NCBI RefSeq assembly: GCF_036588685.1
Contig: NC_086380.1
Location: forward strand, 6,138,001 to 6,202,000
Reading direction: 5' to 3'
Origin: Mytilus trossulus
Taxonomy: Eukaryota
Length of the DNA: 64,000 bases
Shown: positions 47,158-60,900 of the stretch, piece after piece
How the letters are laid out: every line of letters starts with the position of its first letter
How positions within the stretch are numbered: the first letter of the stretch is position 1
Made by a program: the position numbers and the translations under genes
Notes under the pieces: model-generated
Told to the model about the DNA's origin: nothing
The model's input: only the letters and a program-made list of their open reading frames with translations
Database searches by the model: none

Positions 47158-48957
47158 AGTAACATGCAGAATGAAAACTGGTCTGTCCAGAATTTCTACA
47201 AAATGTTAGAAGACCAAAGCAAACAGGTACCGAATGATGCACGGCAAAGCAGGTACTGCAAATATATTACAAAATTTGCCTCTCATTTTGGCAAAGAGTG
47301 GTGTATGGTAGTGGGGAGCATGGTAGAAAAAACGAGGCTGCGGTCAAACATGAACGAAGGCGACTATACCCGTAGAGGCTTTAGAACATTGAGAGGATCT
47401 ACCTTGTTTTGTTCACGTTAGAGGTGACAAATTTAAACATTCATTTACCCACAGTTTGGTAGACGGACAATACATCCACAGTCGTATTCTAAAAGAAATC
47501 GATAGAGAGGTTTTTAAAATAATGGGCGGTCTGTTGCAGGTATTTACAATGCCACTTGTTTCTAAGGGGTTACTTTATAATCAGGTCGGCATCAACCGTG
47601 ACGCTAAACCTGGCATGTGCGAAGAACATTATGTTGGCTTCCAGATGATTGGGGGAGCTAATGAAGAAATTTATATAAGAAAACAGGATACAGACATCAC
47701 AGCCACGAAAAAATATTTCCAATCGGTAATGGATTCAAGTGATATATCACCAAGTATGAAATCTCTTCTTAACAACCTTCTAACCGTACTTGCTGAAATA
47801 AAACCACACAACAAGTCTGGTACTGCCATGTATCAAACCTTTGCTGGTTTAATAGAGGCAGTCAATTCTGATAATGCAGTACACAAAGTAGCCAAGCCGA
47901 CGTCTTTTCATCCAAAGGGCACAGAGGCAAACGACAGACAATACATTGAGGATTCATCTGGCAAAAATGAAATCCGGATTAAATTCAATTACAAATCCAG
48001 CAAAGAATTCATCCCTGCATTTCCTCTTGAGGGAAAACTGAAATGTCTGGAAGAATGGCGAGTTCGTATACTTACCAGCGACAAAGTTCTGTGGCCGGCC
48101 GCGGAAGCTGTGGAAAAAATCTGTCAGTCGGAGGTGTACATTGTAGCTAAGCCGGCAATTGTCAACCCTTCTGCCGACATCGATTTTTGTCTCGGCTTCA
48201 ATCAAGCGGAAATTATCCTAGCTCTGAACAAAGATTATGCCTCCTACTCCTTAAATCCCTCCAGAAAGGATACCTTAAACATTATTTTTCAGTACTTACC
48301 ACGTTTCACTGGAAAACTGCCTTTTACCATCAGTGTGGACATATCGATCCTGCTCTCTTTGATCGTCATTCTACAATATTATTAGCCCTTGTAAGTGTTT
48401 TATCCTACATGATCGAGTGCTTAGACAAAAGATATCTCAAGCACTATTTCCTAGAGAGCAATCTAATAGCTCATATAACTGAGACAGAAGCCAATGAAAT
48501 CAAAGGGAAGATCAAAGAAATTATTGCAACCCCAGAAGAAGCTCTCCGAGTGTATTTCGATATCAATAAAGAATGTAAAAACTCAAAACAAGAAGAAGAG
48601 ATATCTTTGAAAGAAATAGAAGAAATGAAGACACGGATGAATAATCCGTTCAATGCAAAACAAACCGACACAATAATTAGCTTGATGTCCGATTTGCAGA
48701 AAGCAACCAGTAGCGACGATTCTAAACTCTCACAAGCTATTGTGGATACGTTATATATGGTTATTGAGGAGGAAACAGATATCCCGTTTGTTAGACCAGA
48801 CACCCAACAGCAGCAGTGTAGCCTCAAGGATCTCTTGGAAAAGGCTACTATGTATTCCACAACAAGCTTTTCTTCAAAAAATGAGAAGAAAAAGGCACTA
48901 AAAGACTTACAGGCAAGGGCGTTTTCCACGGTACTTTCTTCTATTCGTTTTAAGTGA
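47158..48957 (+). pseudogene. cGLR: cGLR copy 3, disrupted
   Basis: Aligns along its full length with copies 1 and 2. It carries a 29-nt deletion at ~47365 that removes FDYLIISGIS, an in-frame TGA at 47390-47392 (AGA in the paralogues) and a 13-nt deletion at ~48221. The ORF track shows it split into three pieces. Confidence 0.88.
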
Positions 48958-50329
48958 GCTTGACGTTGTTTTGTATTATTTTGGTTATAAGATATACCTA
49001 ATGTTTATCAATGTTTGAATTACATTTAGTCTTTTTTTTAATTTCTTAAGAAGGTATGAATATGTTCTTATTTGACAGGGCCCCATTCAATGTTACAATT
49101 AATCTGTCATCTACCTTTCTCTATCTAATTCTGTGTTATAGCGCAGCATTACATAACTTAAGTAAAACACTTTGTCACATGTAAATATGGCACACAAGAA
49201 GTAAGTATATACAAAATACAATAACACACGATCATAGAAATAAATAAAACAATCTGTGAAATATTTTAATAACTACTATACTTTTAAATACTTCATGTAA
49301 TTTTAAAAATAATGAAGATATATCTGTTAGTACCTTTATATCAGCCAATCAAGCTGGCAAATTTTCTTTTTTAATTTAATTTTATATTTATTTCATTAAT
49401 TATCACATGTTACTGATGAGTAACATTCCCAGGAATTTAAATAAAAGTACTAAGAACTCATATCTTACTAATTTTATATCTTTCGATTTTTATATACGAT
49501 ATGAATGCTAAATATAACTGTCCAGGTCTTACGACACATTTTAAAGCATTGAACCCTCGACTTAATAGTCTCAATCAATATCACGAAAAGACCATCAAGC
49601 AAGAAACACTAATGTCCCCTAAAACAACCAATAAATTAGAATACAATAAAAAATAAATATTATATCGGTATAATAGTCAATAGATAACACCAATACTATC
49701 AAAACAAAAGTAAAAGATTGTGTTCAAATTTAATAACTTTTATTGTGTGAGTTTTCTAGTACATTGTATGAATTATCAAACAGTATTTTGGTGGGGAGTA
49801 TTTTTTTGTTGTTTCTTTTGCGGATAAAAAACAATCGCTAGAATAAATTCTGCCAATTTATAGGAGCACATTCTAAAGAGGGACCAAAGATACCAGAGGG
49901 ACAGTCAAACTCAAAATTCGAAAACAAACTGACAACCTCATGGCTTAAAATGAAAAAGACAAACAGACAAACGATAGTTCGCATGACACAACATAGAAAA
50001 CTAAAGAATAAGCAACATGAACCCCATCAAAAACTAAGTATTGATAAACAATTTAAATCCGCCAAAAAAAAAGACCGAAAAAATATTTCGTTTACCTTAG
50101 TCAATGAAAATCATGAAATTTTACACACGCGAAATCCACCCGATATCTACGTTATGTAACCGGGTGATTTAGATATCTTGCCATACCACGATTATTAAAT
50201 TTACGACTCTCTGAGGTTTAATTTTAGAAAGTAACGTATTGAACAACAACAGATTTCATGATGCATAAATCAAAACACATCAAACATTTCGTACTATATG
50301 AAACGATTTTGTACGAAATGGAAACATGT

Positions 50330-51002
50330 TATACCATTTCGTTCCGTTTGACAAAAATGGTATAACATTTCATACTATTTGAAAAAAATGGTATACCATT
50401 TGAGAAAATTGTATACCATTTCGTACCGTTTGAATAAAGTATAAGTAAGTAAGTACATGTATATCATTTATTATAGTGACATGTGTAGTATATATAATAT
50501 TACATAATAAGAATACAGTAGTTAAATAAATTTACACCCGGCCCGTTGGACCTATAAGTCACTTTAAACCTAATGTTCAAATTTGTAATACGCAATGTGA
50601 TTGTTACTTATAAAAAAGTTCCTTTCTTTTACAGAAAAATAAATTTAAATATTTAGCAGTTTGTCTTTGATGAAGTGTCATTAAATTAAATTGAATAAAT
50701 GTTGTATTATTTAGTACCATTTGAAAAAATGGTATACCATTCCGTACCATTTGAAAACAAAAATGTATACCATTTCGTATTATTTGAAAAAAAAATGGTA
50801 TACCATTTCGTACCATTTGACAAAAATTGTCTACCTTTTCGTTCCACTTGACAAAAATGGTTTACCATTTCGTTCCACTTGACAAAAATGGTATACCATT
50901 TCGTTCCACTTGACAAAAATGGCTTCCCATTTCGTATCATTTGACAAAAAAGTATACCATTTCGTACCATTTGACAAAAATGGTCTACCATTACGTACCA
51001 TA
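50330..51002. repeat. ~31-bp tandem repeat (GGTATACCATTTCGTWCCAYTTGACAAAAAT)n in two blocks (50330-50432 and 50712-51002)
   Basis: Repeated TACCATTTCGT motif; inverted ACGAAATGG motifs at ~50313 and 51167-51212. Confidence 0.85.
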
Positions 51003-54000
51003 TGAATCAATGTTATATTATTTAATACGATATCAAATTGAACTTTATTATATCACACTTAGTTGATGAAAAATATACCGATTTAAATTTTCAAAATATC
51101 ATGGGAGAATTAGTATCGAATGTAATTTATTATAAAACCAGTAAACAGAATACTCATACAAATGGAACGAAATGGTTATACTATGAAATGTGTTTGCTAT
51201 CGTACGAAATGGTTGATACTAAATTATTATGATTGATAATATTCAAAGCGTAAAATGTCTGATGAGTCAGTCTGCTTTTCAAGTCCATATCACATTTCTT
51301 TTAGATTGTACCCAAATAAAAAGATGCGATACTGTGACACAACGATATCTGTAATATTTCCCCGTCTTGCTCGTAGTATACTAACCACTGCATTTGTCCC
51401 CATCATGATAATGACTTAGATGCCTTCTCATTAACGGTGGTTTTATAATCAATAAAATCAATTAAAATAAAGTAAGCCCGTTAGGATTCTCGTTTGAATT
51501 GTTTTACACTGTCTTGTCGGGGCCTTTTATAGCTGTCTATGCGGTATGGGCTTTACTAATTGTTGAAAGCCGTACGGTGACATATAGTTGTTAATATCTG
51601 TGTTAGTTTGGTCTCTTGTATACAGTTGTCTTATTCGCAATCATACCAAATCTTTTATTTTATAATAACACATTTACAAGAATGATATATAATTATCGAT
51701 AAACACTTCGAATTTGCTCATGCATGTGGTTGAATTGTGTCAAAACAGAAAGCTTAGTTAGAATTTGGATGAAAAAATATAGGAATTACGAGAATTTAAT
51801 ATTTATAGAGAAACAGTATAGGCATTCGATTAGTTTTGGAAAGAAAACTTGCCTCCTTTTTGAAGTTCTAATCAAAGTTATGAAATGCCGTTCTTCGAAC
51901 CTTATTTAATGAAACTGAGACAAGTCTATTTTTCTGAAGAAGAAGATAAGTTTAATAGAAAATCCAGGATGTTTGAAGCGTGCGGATTGATATTCAAGTC
52001 TTTCATGTATGTTTTTTGTGTTGGTTTTATGTTATCCATTGGATCACTCTCTGTTGGCTGCTAGTACTCTCATATTTGTACTTTTGTGTTGTTTGTCATT
52101 ATGTAACTATGCTTTGTGCTTTGTGTTTATGTGACGAGTTAATTTGAATTATGTTTCCTGTAAAACACAGTCTTAGGTTAGGGAAGAGTTCAATTCAAGC
52201 GAACAAATTTGTCCCCACCACATTATGTATATGCCTGCCACAAGTCAGGAGCCTGTAATTTGGTGGTTGGTGTTCGTGTCAGTGTTTCATTTTCGTTCTT
52301 CAGGTGTTGTTTTGTTAATGAATGGTGCCGTTGGTTTTATACTTTGATTTGTGAAACTACCAAATTGAATGTGATCGTTATCCTTATCAATATAGCAACA
52401 TTTGTAAAAAAAACACAGTTGATATTTTGTAATTGCAACCGATTTCTAGAAAAAATATTGTGGATTTAAATTTGATAGGTTGTGATATAATGTGATGACA
52501 TCTATCTACTGAAAAAAACCCATCTTGAGTTGCAATCGCATTTTGTAATGATTAAGTCACAAAAAGTCATATTACGCTCATTTAAGAAAAAGATCGCACA
52601 CATATATTTTGAAATGTGTTTCTTCATGAACCAAGTGGTGTTATAAAATCATTATAATTAAATAATACAGTTCCTCGATTTGAAACTACCAGTGGGCCGA
52701 TGAAACGGTTTCCTCAGCATCTAAAATCACGGATAAACACATTTAAATGGAAAAAAGACTGACATTGCAAAATGTTTGAACAAATCAATAAGTAGTTCAA
52801 CATTCAATGTCATTAGGAAATAAGATATACTTACATCGTAAATCATCACAACAACAAATTATTTCTGTTATTTTTATTTTAAGATGAAAGAATATGTCTG
52901 TTTCCGTTAATTATATATCTCATTTGAGTAAAGGAAGAGAGCTTCTTTTCTATCATGATTGAAAAACAATAAGGAGATGTAGTGTGATTGCAATTAGAAA
53001 TTTATTCATCACTTGAAGTGGTTGTACTTTATGGTTGCAATTATAGGAAACCGTACGACTTTAAGAGAGAAACACCGGTAATCCGATACTTATGTCATAG
53101 ACTAAAGCTATTAATACAAAATTACATGCAAAAGACTGTTATGAAAAAAATATGAATTCATTTCAAATAGGTACACCCACATACAATTAGTATAAATAAA
53201 ACTGAAAAAAATAAGCAAGAGACTTTGCACTTAATTATAGTAATATGTTTCCTTTACAGACCACTTTAAAAGTAATAAATTTTTAACTAAATTAAAAGAT
53301 ATGTTATGAACCTAGCATTGCATACAACTTTATATATCAATGTCTATTTACATATTTGCAAGAGTTGTACGGTGATAAGCAATCTCATTAAAGCTGCTCT
53401 GCTATTCTTTCTGAAACGTTTTGGTTATTTTGACTCAAGGCTGAATTAAAAGTATGCATTCAGTTCAGGTAAAATTTTAATATGACACTAGTTTCTGTGC
53501 GCGCATGGTGTCTTGAACTATAACTATTATCAGCTAATCATACAATCAATGGTTGGGAAGTCAACCTCTGAATTTGTTTTGAAAATGATGAAAATAGAAA
53601 AGTAGTTATAATAAAAATCAATCTGTATATGAACATATCGCCATGTTTAAAAACAGAGTGAGTGGATCTCTAGCTCTCTGGTAGCAAAACTAAACAATGC
53701 AAAATTGGAAACACTGACTATCAGCGGTTAATATACCACACGTCCAGCAGCAGTGCTATCGTTATAGTGATATAAATTTAAGACAATCGCGCTGGAATAA
53801 CCATGAGAACAGATAGTTTGAAGTCAAATATTCCATACTGCATCGGCGGTGTCAAAAATGAATTGGTAATAATGTCAGTTTAAAGGGAACCACTTATGGT
53901 AGTTCAAATATAACTGATATGCATTTTTACAAGCATTTTAGTCATTTTATATCCCAACCTAATATTTAGATCCGCTTTCTCAACAATAGCTTATTAAATT

Positions 54001-56109
54001 TTAAAACGTTTTCATAGTTTGTAAATGAGTTTGATTATAAGGTAAGCTCAGAGGAAACATTAAGTGATTGGTCAATGACGTTTGTTTTGCATATGTATAA
54101 GCATTTGCAGATTTTATTTCCGTAAGATTATTTGTGTTTAACACTTCATCCATGGTTTTATGACTCTGTATGTTTGACATAGGTTACTTGTTAAATTTTG
54201 TGATTAAACCAGTCTAAGATGAACGAATAAGGTTGAATCAATTATATTTGGCATATAGTTAGATTTATGAGTTTGACTGTCCCTTTGGTATCTTTCGTCC
54301 CTCTTTTATATGAGCAAAAGAACGTTAACTTAATTAAAATATGCTGTTTGAATTACTTGATAAAGTTTGTGTTATGAAGGTTTGAAGGAAACTGCTTTCA
54401 ATCAGTCAATGCTATTTTAGGATGCATTTGTATATTGATTATCATTTCTAGTTTCCATTGGTTTTGTCCTGCACCTCATGTTAAGGTCGTTCAATGTTTT
54501 GCATAGTTTAAACTACAGAAACACTGAATTAAAAAGAACTGCCAATTTTGATTTTACAGTCATAACGTTTCAATGTCTTTTGTTTTTGTGATTTTTTACC
54601 ATGATTTCGTTTTTTTCATTTGCTGAAGTTTTAAACCTTTTTACGGTCCTCAATGCTCACTATCGTCGTACTCTATGTTGCCCTTTTTTATTTATTCAAA
54701 CGTCAATGATAGGTCATTTGAAGGTGAAATGGGTGTCGAGCTTTCAAAATTTCAATCCTTTTATCTATGACGAGCTTATTTGGTATTTTCTGTACAGTAA
54801 GGCATACATTTAGGAATATGTTATTTGCTGGCTGTCTGTTGATTCGTCACATTTTCTTTTGAACTTTGACTGTTAAATGATTCAAATATATTGTTTCAAA
54901 GCCATTTACCATTTCACAATGCTTTGTAGATAACCTTACTATGTGAAATGTTAATACCTTGTTTTGTTATAAAGTCACATATTTGTTTTTCTTGTTTTTC
55001 GTAATTCTTAATTTTAAAATTTTTAAGCTTTAACTCATTGAATTAAATCTATGCATCACACGCCTAACAGTTTTCTAAGCAACATATTGTATTGAAAGGT
55101 TACTTACATTTACTATATAAAGTTCTTTTTAAAGAGGTATAGCTGTAAAATTGATGTAAATCGATGTTTTTAAACTACTCATGTGATTTGATAAAGTCTC
55201 AAAAATAAGTAGGAACTACAAAAACTCCATGGAAAACAATACACACTATCTGGAAGTGTATCTATGTGTCGTTGGTATTACTTATGAATTTTGCACTGAT
55301 AAATGACTGTCGCTGTTAGAAAAAAGAAATGTCAAGTTGGATGGTATAAATCTAAAAGTGGAAGTTAATATTTTTAATAGCAGCATGTCCCTTCTGGTGT
55401 TTCATAATTCGCTCATTAATGATCAACAAGTCTGATAAAATAAAATGGTATATGCGTGGTGATGGGTATTTTTAACTGAAAAAAACGCAGTTTATGTTCT
55501 CTCCTTACGTGTCTAGACATATTATATAAGCTTTTATTCACATATAAACTGTACAGAATATGCAACCACCACCTTTCATGAAAATATAAGTATTATAAAA
55601 AGCCTTAAATGCATCATAAAAAGCCTATATCCATATTTTCGCGGTTAACGTCATCTGTGGAATTGTTTGTGGTAATGATGTTGATAAATAAAATAAAGTA
55701 TTTTTGAGTAATATTCGAATTCATTTGTATGTATAAGTAATATGTAGGTTTGAATAAAAGATATGGGAAAGCTATACACGCCCTAGACAAAATGTCAATT
55801 ATACAATAAATAATAATGATATTAAAAAGAAGATGTAGTAGGATTGCCAATGAGATAACTCTTCACAAGAGACCAAATGACACAGAAATTAACAACTGTA
55901 GGTATTTGTACGGACTTCAACAATAAGCAGCTATAAACGGCCACGAAGTGACAATTTGATACACTTCAAACAAGAAAACTAACGGTCTAACTTATGTATA
56001 CATACTATAAAAAAAATCCTAGTTATTTGCTAGAAAAGTTTGTAACGCTTGCAGTTTTAGTTTGTACTATTATTGAGAGCTTGCTAAAACAAATTACTAT
56101 AATTTAGAG

Positions 56110-56290
56110 CTAGCTATAAAACCAGGTTCAGTCCACCGTTTTCTACATAAGAAAATGCCTGTACCAAGTCACCATTTGAAAGTTGTTATCCATTCGTTTG
56201 ATGTGTTTAAGCGTTTGATTTTGCTATTTCATTAGGGACTTTCCGTTTTGAATTTTCCTCGGAATTCAGTATTTTTATTATTTTTATTTT
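56110..56290 (+). repeat. Dispersed repeat family C (copies at ~39045-39230, 39380-39540 rev, 46665-46855, 30680-30900 rev, 59060-59260 rev, 60930-61085 rev)
   Basis: Shared AAAACCAGGTT.A.TCCACC.TTTTCTACA..GAAAATGCCTGTACCAAGTC..CATTCGTTTGATGTG..TTAGGGACT. Confidence 0.8.
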
Positions 56291-57057
56291 TGAGAATTTA
56301 TTATATATCCTATATGTATCATGTCTTTAACGTTAGGTTGATATAAACTTATAATGTCAGCATACGGAATATTTATCTGATGGATTCGAATAAAAAAATA
56401 AAAGACAGACTTTAAGATTCAAATACATCATATTTATTTCTTGGTCCACTAACATTTACTTTTACAAAAATATATATCACAATTGCAGTTTTCTAGCATA
56501 AGTGACTCTGAGGATATTTAATTTCAATGTCAAGATTTACTTAATTGATATTAATAATCTTATACAAAGGTTAAACGTCTCACAGTCGGCATTTAAACGG
56601 TCCAGATTAGAAAGATAAATGGTTCTTAATGAAGACAAATTTTGGCTGCATCAAAATTAGACAACCACTGATATATCTTTAACACTCATTCGGTAAAACT
56701 ACAACATATATCAAACTCATTAAGAAACTTTCATGTAATAACCTCTGGTGAATGAATATTTACTAATTTTAAACATTTATAAGATCGAAAGTGACATTTT
56801 TCACAGCAAAGTGATTTTTTTGCAAGGTACGATTTGATCTTTAGTTTTGATGTACGGCATTAATATATCAAAATCTCAACCAGTGAAATACCAAATGAGA
56901 AAAGAAAAATGCACCTCTTATAATTGACAAATTTACAATTTAAATAGTACACTGGTATTAAGAAAAACAAACAACATCGTTATTGGGAAAACAGATGCAG
57001 ACAAATAGAGAGTCAAACAATGCTCGCTTAGCATGAAAGTAATCTTATGAATAAATT

Positions 57058-57287
57058 AAGACACGACGGGTGCCGCATGTAGAGCAGGATCTGCTTACCC
57101 TTCCCGAGCACCTGAGATCACCCCTAGTTTTTGGTGGGGTTCGTGTTGTTTATTCTTTAGTTTTCTATGTTGTGTCATGTGTACTATTGTTTTTCTGTTT
57201 GTCTTTTTCATTTTTAGCCATGGCGTTGTCAGTTTGTTTTAGATTTACGAGTTTGACTGTCCCTTTGGTGTCTTTCGTCCCTCTTTT
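57058..57287 (+). repeat. Dispersed repeat family B (copies at ~26020-26235, 58838-59040, 49877-50037 rev, 61100-61316 rev, 54262-54305)
   Basis: Shared GAGCAGGATCTGCTTACCCTTCC.GAGCACCTGAGATCACCCCTAGTTTTTGGTGGGGTTCG...GAGTTTGACTGTCCCT. Confidence 0.85.
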
Positions 57288-57742
57288 AAGACCTCATATG
57301 TTACGTCTTTTGCACATTCGTTCCAAATATATATAATGGAATAATGTCATGATTTATAAAAAAAAAAGATAAGATTACTTAGGAAATGTTGCAATGGTAA
57401 ACATGTTTTCAATGTTTTGCTGATAAAATTTAAACATAAAAAATATTATAATGTTCTCAGAAAACCATTTCATATGATCAGTAGATAAAAGGTACCTATG
57501 TTTCAAAGCACCTGGGGTAAATTCATGATCATAATAATAAATATAAAGGTCTTCCTTAAAAACAGGAGATTAAAAAATGAAAATAATATGTAATTAAAGA
57601 GGGACGAAAGATATCAGAGGGACAGTCCCTTTGTTTGTTGATCATACAAAATGAGAATAATATTTTATAAATGTCATGCACCAAAAGCGCATTTATTTCT
57701 ATCAAAAACAGTTATAGCCAAATATGTGTTCAAGGATAAAGA

Positions 57743-57985
57743 AGAATTTGTTCAAAGTACACGGATTCCCTACTCGCACTATCATTTTCCATGTTCAATG
57801 GACCGTGAAATTGGATAAAAAAAAATATATTTGGCTGTAAAATTAGAAAGATCATATAAGGAACATGTGTACTAAGTTTCAAGTTGATTGGACTTCAGCT
57901 TCATCAAAAACTACCTTGACCAAAAACTTTAACCTACATACTGACGGACGCACAGACCAGAAAACATAATGTAGGTTGGCATACA
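57743..57985. mobile_element. Copy of the 8755-9027 HINE-like family
   Basis: CGCACTATCATTTT..TGGACCGTGAAATTGG..CTAAGTTTCAAGTTGAT..AAAACATAATG is shared. Confidence 0.6.
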
Positions 57986-60900
57986 AATAGTAAAACAGTA
58001 AATGAGCTAAAAAGCAATAACCCCTTTTATATAATAATCAATAACTATAATGCCAACTTTCCTGAGGTAGTTGAAAACATAGCATCTTTATATTTCTTAA
58101 CCTTAAAGATCATCATCTCAGTGCACAGCTCAAATATTGTGTACTTGAGGATCACAGAAAAAACGATAACGTCTAGAAAATAACGATTTATAGTGTTAAT
58201 GTTATTAAAATAATTTATATTTAAAAGAATCATGCAAGTGACTAGTATCTATACAGGAACATGTTTTTACAAGTTCCTTTTCCTGATTATTACCACATAG
58301 ACAAAATGATAATGCATTTCACGCGAATTTTTCCGGTGCGTAGAATCTTAGAATTGTCGAGTTTGAACTCATCTATGTCAAGTTGGAAAGGCCGAATGTT
58401 AAGTTTAAGGTTAATGTAGAATAAAAGTTCAAAATTATCCTATAAATGACCAAGAAGTCTGATAAATAAATAAAACGGTCAATTCTTGTTGATTGTCTTT
58501 ATTAAAAAAAACCATTTTATTCTATCGCCTTTAATGTCTAGAGATATATAAACAAATGGCTATTGTGCACATAAATATTCATAGGAAACAACAAACATAG
58601 GGACATGTATACGTATTTAATAAAACAACACTTTTAATGCATCTATAAAAAAATTCAATAAAAACATATATATGTCTAACTGAATTAACATTATGTCAAA
58701 CTTAAAAACTTTCTTAATGTATACATGAACACAACAGAAAAAAATAAACTTATGCCTTGTAATATAATAGATCATCGTCTATCTGATTCCCATCGATTGT
58801 AACATTATCTCTGCAACCTATTACTAACTTTAAGTTAGCAGGATCAACTTACCCTTCCAAAGCACCTGAGATCGCCCCTAGTTTTTGGTGGGGTTCGTGT
58901 TGCTTATTCTTTAGTTTTTTATGTTGTTTCATGTGTACTATAGTATGTTTGTTTGTATTTTTTATTTTTTAGCCATGGCGTTGTCAGTTTGTTTGCGATT
59001 TATGAGTTTGACAGTCCTTATGATATCTTTCATCCCTCTTTTATCATGAGCAAAAGTAAAATAACATATATAAACCTACTCTGGGAATATTTGAAAAAGG
59101 GAAGTGTCTAACTGGCAAAGTCAAAAGCACAAATACATCATGCATGATTGAGAACTGTCATATTGATGACTTGGTACAAGAATTGTTTTATGTAGAAAAT
59201 GTTGGATTAAACTTGGTTTTATAGCTAGCTTAACCTCTCACTTATATAACAGTCGCATGGAAATAATAACAGAGGTGGAACTAGTGATACAGAACCTACT
59301 GACGAGGCACTGAAATTATCCCAGGTTTTGCTATCGTCTCTCTCGTTAAGTTTTATGTAGACGAAACGCTCGTCTGGCGTACTAAATTATAATCCTTGTA
59401 CCTTTGATAACTATTATAATATTGAGAAGATGTGGTATTAATTACAAGGAGACAAATGTCTACCTAGGTTCAAATGAAGTCAATGTAAATAAATTTTAAT
59501 CTGTTGTTTCTATAGCATCATATCAAAGATAAGCTGACTCTATCTCATAATGAAACGATATGAAAAACCAAAATCTTAACACCAGTCTTATTTATTTCTC
59601 GACCTTGCTCCATTTACTTTGACAATAAATATTATAATTCCAATATGACAACAGCTTCCTATCAAGGTTTTCTTAATAGATATTAATTACCTCAGACAAA
59701 GTCAAAATGTCAAATGAGACGTTATTAGTTAACACAAATAGAAAAATATGAATGGTTATTATTCCAGACAAATTGTGGCTGCTTTGAAACTAGACAATGG
59801 CTGATACATCATCATCACAGACTTCGTAAAAGTACAAAGTATATAAAAACGGCATATTAAAATTTGATAGTATTCCGTAGTTTGTGTGTACTATATCAAT
59901 TATACCACCAGGACCTCTAACACTGGAACAATAACCTCATATCAAATATTATCTAAACTAGAGTTAATAAAGTAAACATAAATGTCGTCCATTCATGTAG
60001 GCGTCTGTAACATTAATTAGGTATGGTCGTTAATTGTATTAAAATTCCATCACTAAACATTATTTTAAGAACACATGATGTAAAATTTTAACAAACTTCA
60101 AGATACTTTTTGTCATAGAAACATTCACAGACATAAAATTTTAGCACTTCCAAGTTATCAAAACAAACAAAAAAAGTAACCCAAATAAAAACAGGCCATC
60201 ACTATTTTAACTTTTCTAATACATTTTGCATCATATAATTTAAAAAAAAAATGGATAACGCTTTGCACAATATGAAGTCTTTTTAAGTTAGAACTGTTTT
60301 AGAAATTGCAACAACTTGACCCTAAAGGTCGTCTTTTGTAGGAAATTTAACTAAATGCTTAAAAAAAACCAAATAATTTTCACAATAAAATGCAGAGAGA
60401 AATATAAGCCAAGAATAATCATAGTAATTTTCATTATAAAAATTTCAAATATGAAATAATAGCTAACCTTCGTTGCCATTTATAGTTGGATTGGTCATTT
60501 ACATTTCGTATTTTGATATTATAGCAAATATGGTTTAAGATAAATATAAGATCTATGATATTTTAGATGATTAACTATATTATCAACAATATCACATATT
60601 ATTCATATATTATTCTAGATAGTTGATTATAAGATAAACAATATTAACCATGCTTCTAGTTATAAGATCGATATTTAGACACTTCACAAGAATGTCATCT
60701 TATTATAACATGTTTTGTTATTTTGTCAACATTTTAAACTGTCCATTACAAATGTATGCTCTCCCTATTATTCAAGCTTCTTCTTCACTAATCTATGCAT
60801 ATTGTAAGCCGAACAATTTCTTTCTGCGCAACTTAACGTTTTAAAAGTTGGCTTCTGTCTGTTCCTGTCAACTATTCGATTATATTATGCCTACATAATC

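Noticed and set aside
23864-48957. Bacterial CBASS operon or horizontal transfer
   Set aside because: The proteins have metazoan Mab-21 C-terminal motifs and splice acceptors, and are separated by 6-13 kb of eukaryotic repeats; there are no Cap effectors.
57070-57336. 88-aa hydrophobic ORF (also 46626-46931, 60880-61188, 50604-50991)
   Set aside because: These lie within dispersed or tandem repeats and show no protein-family motifs.
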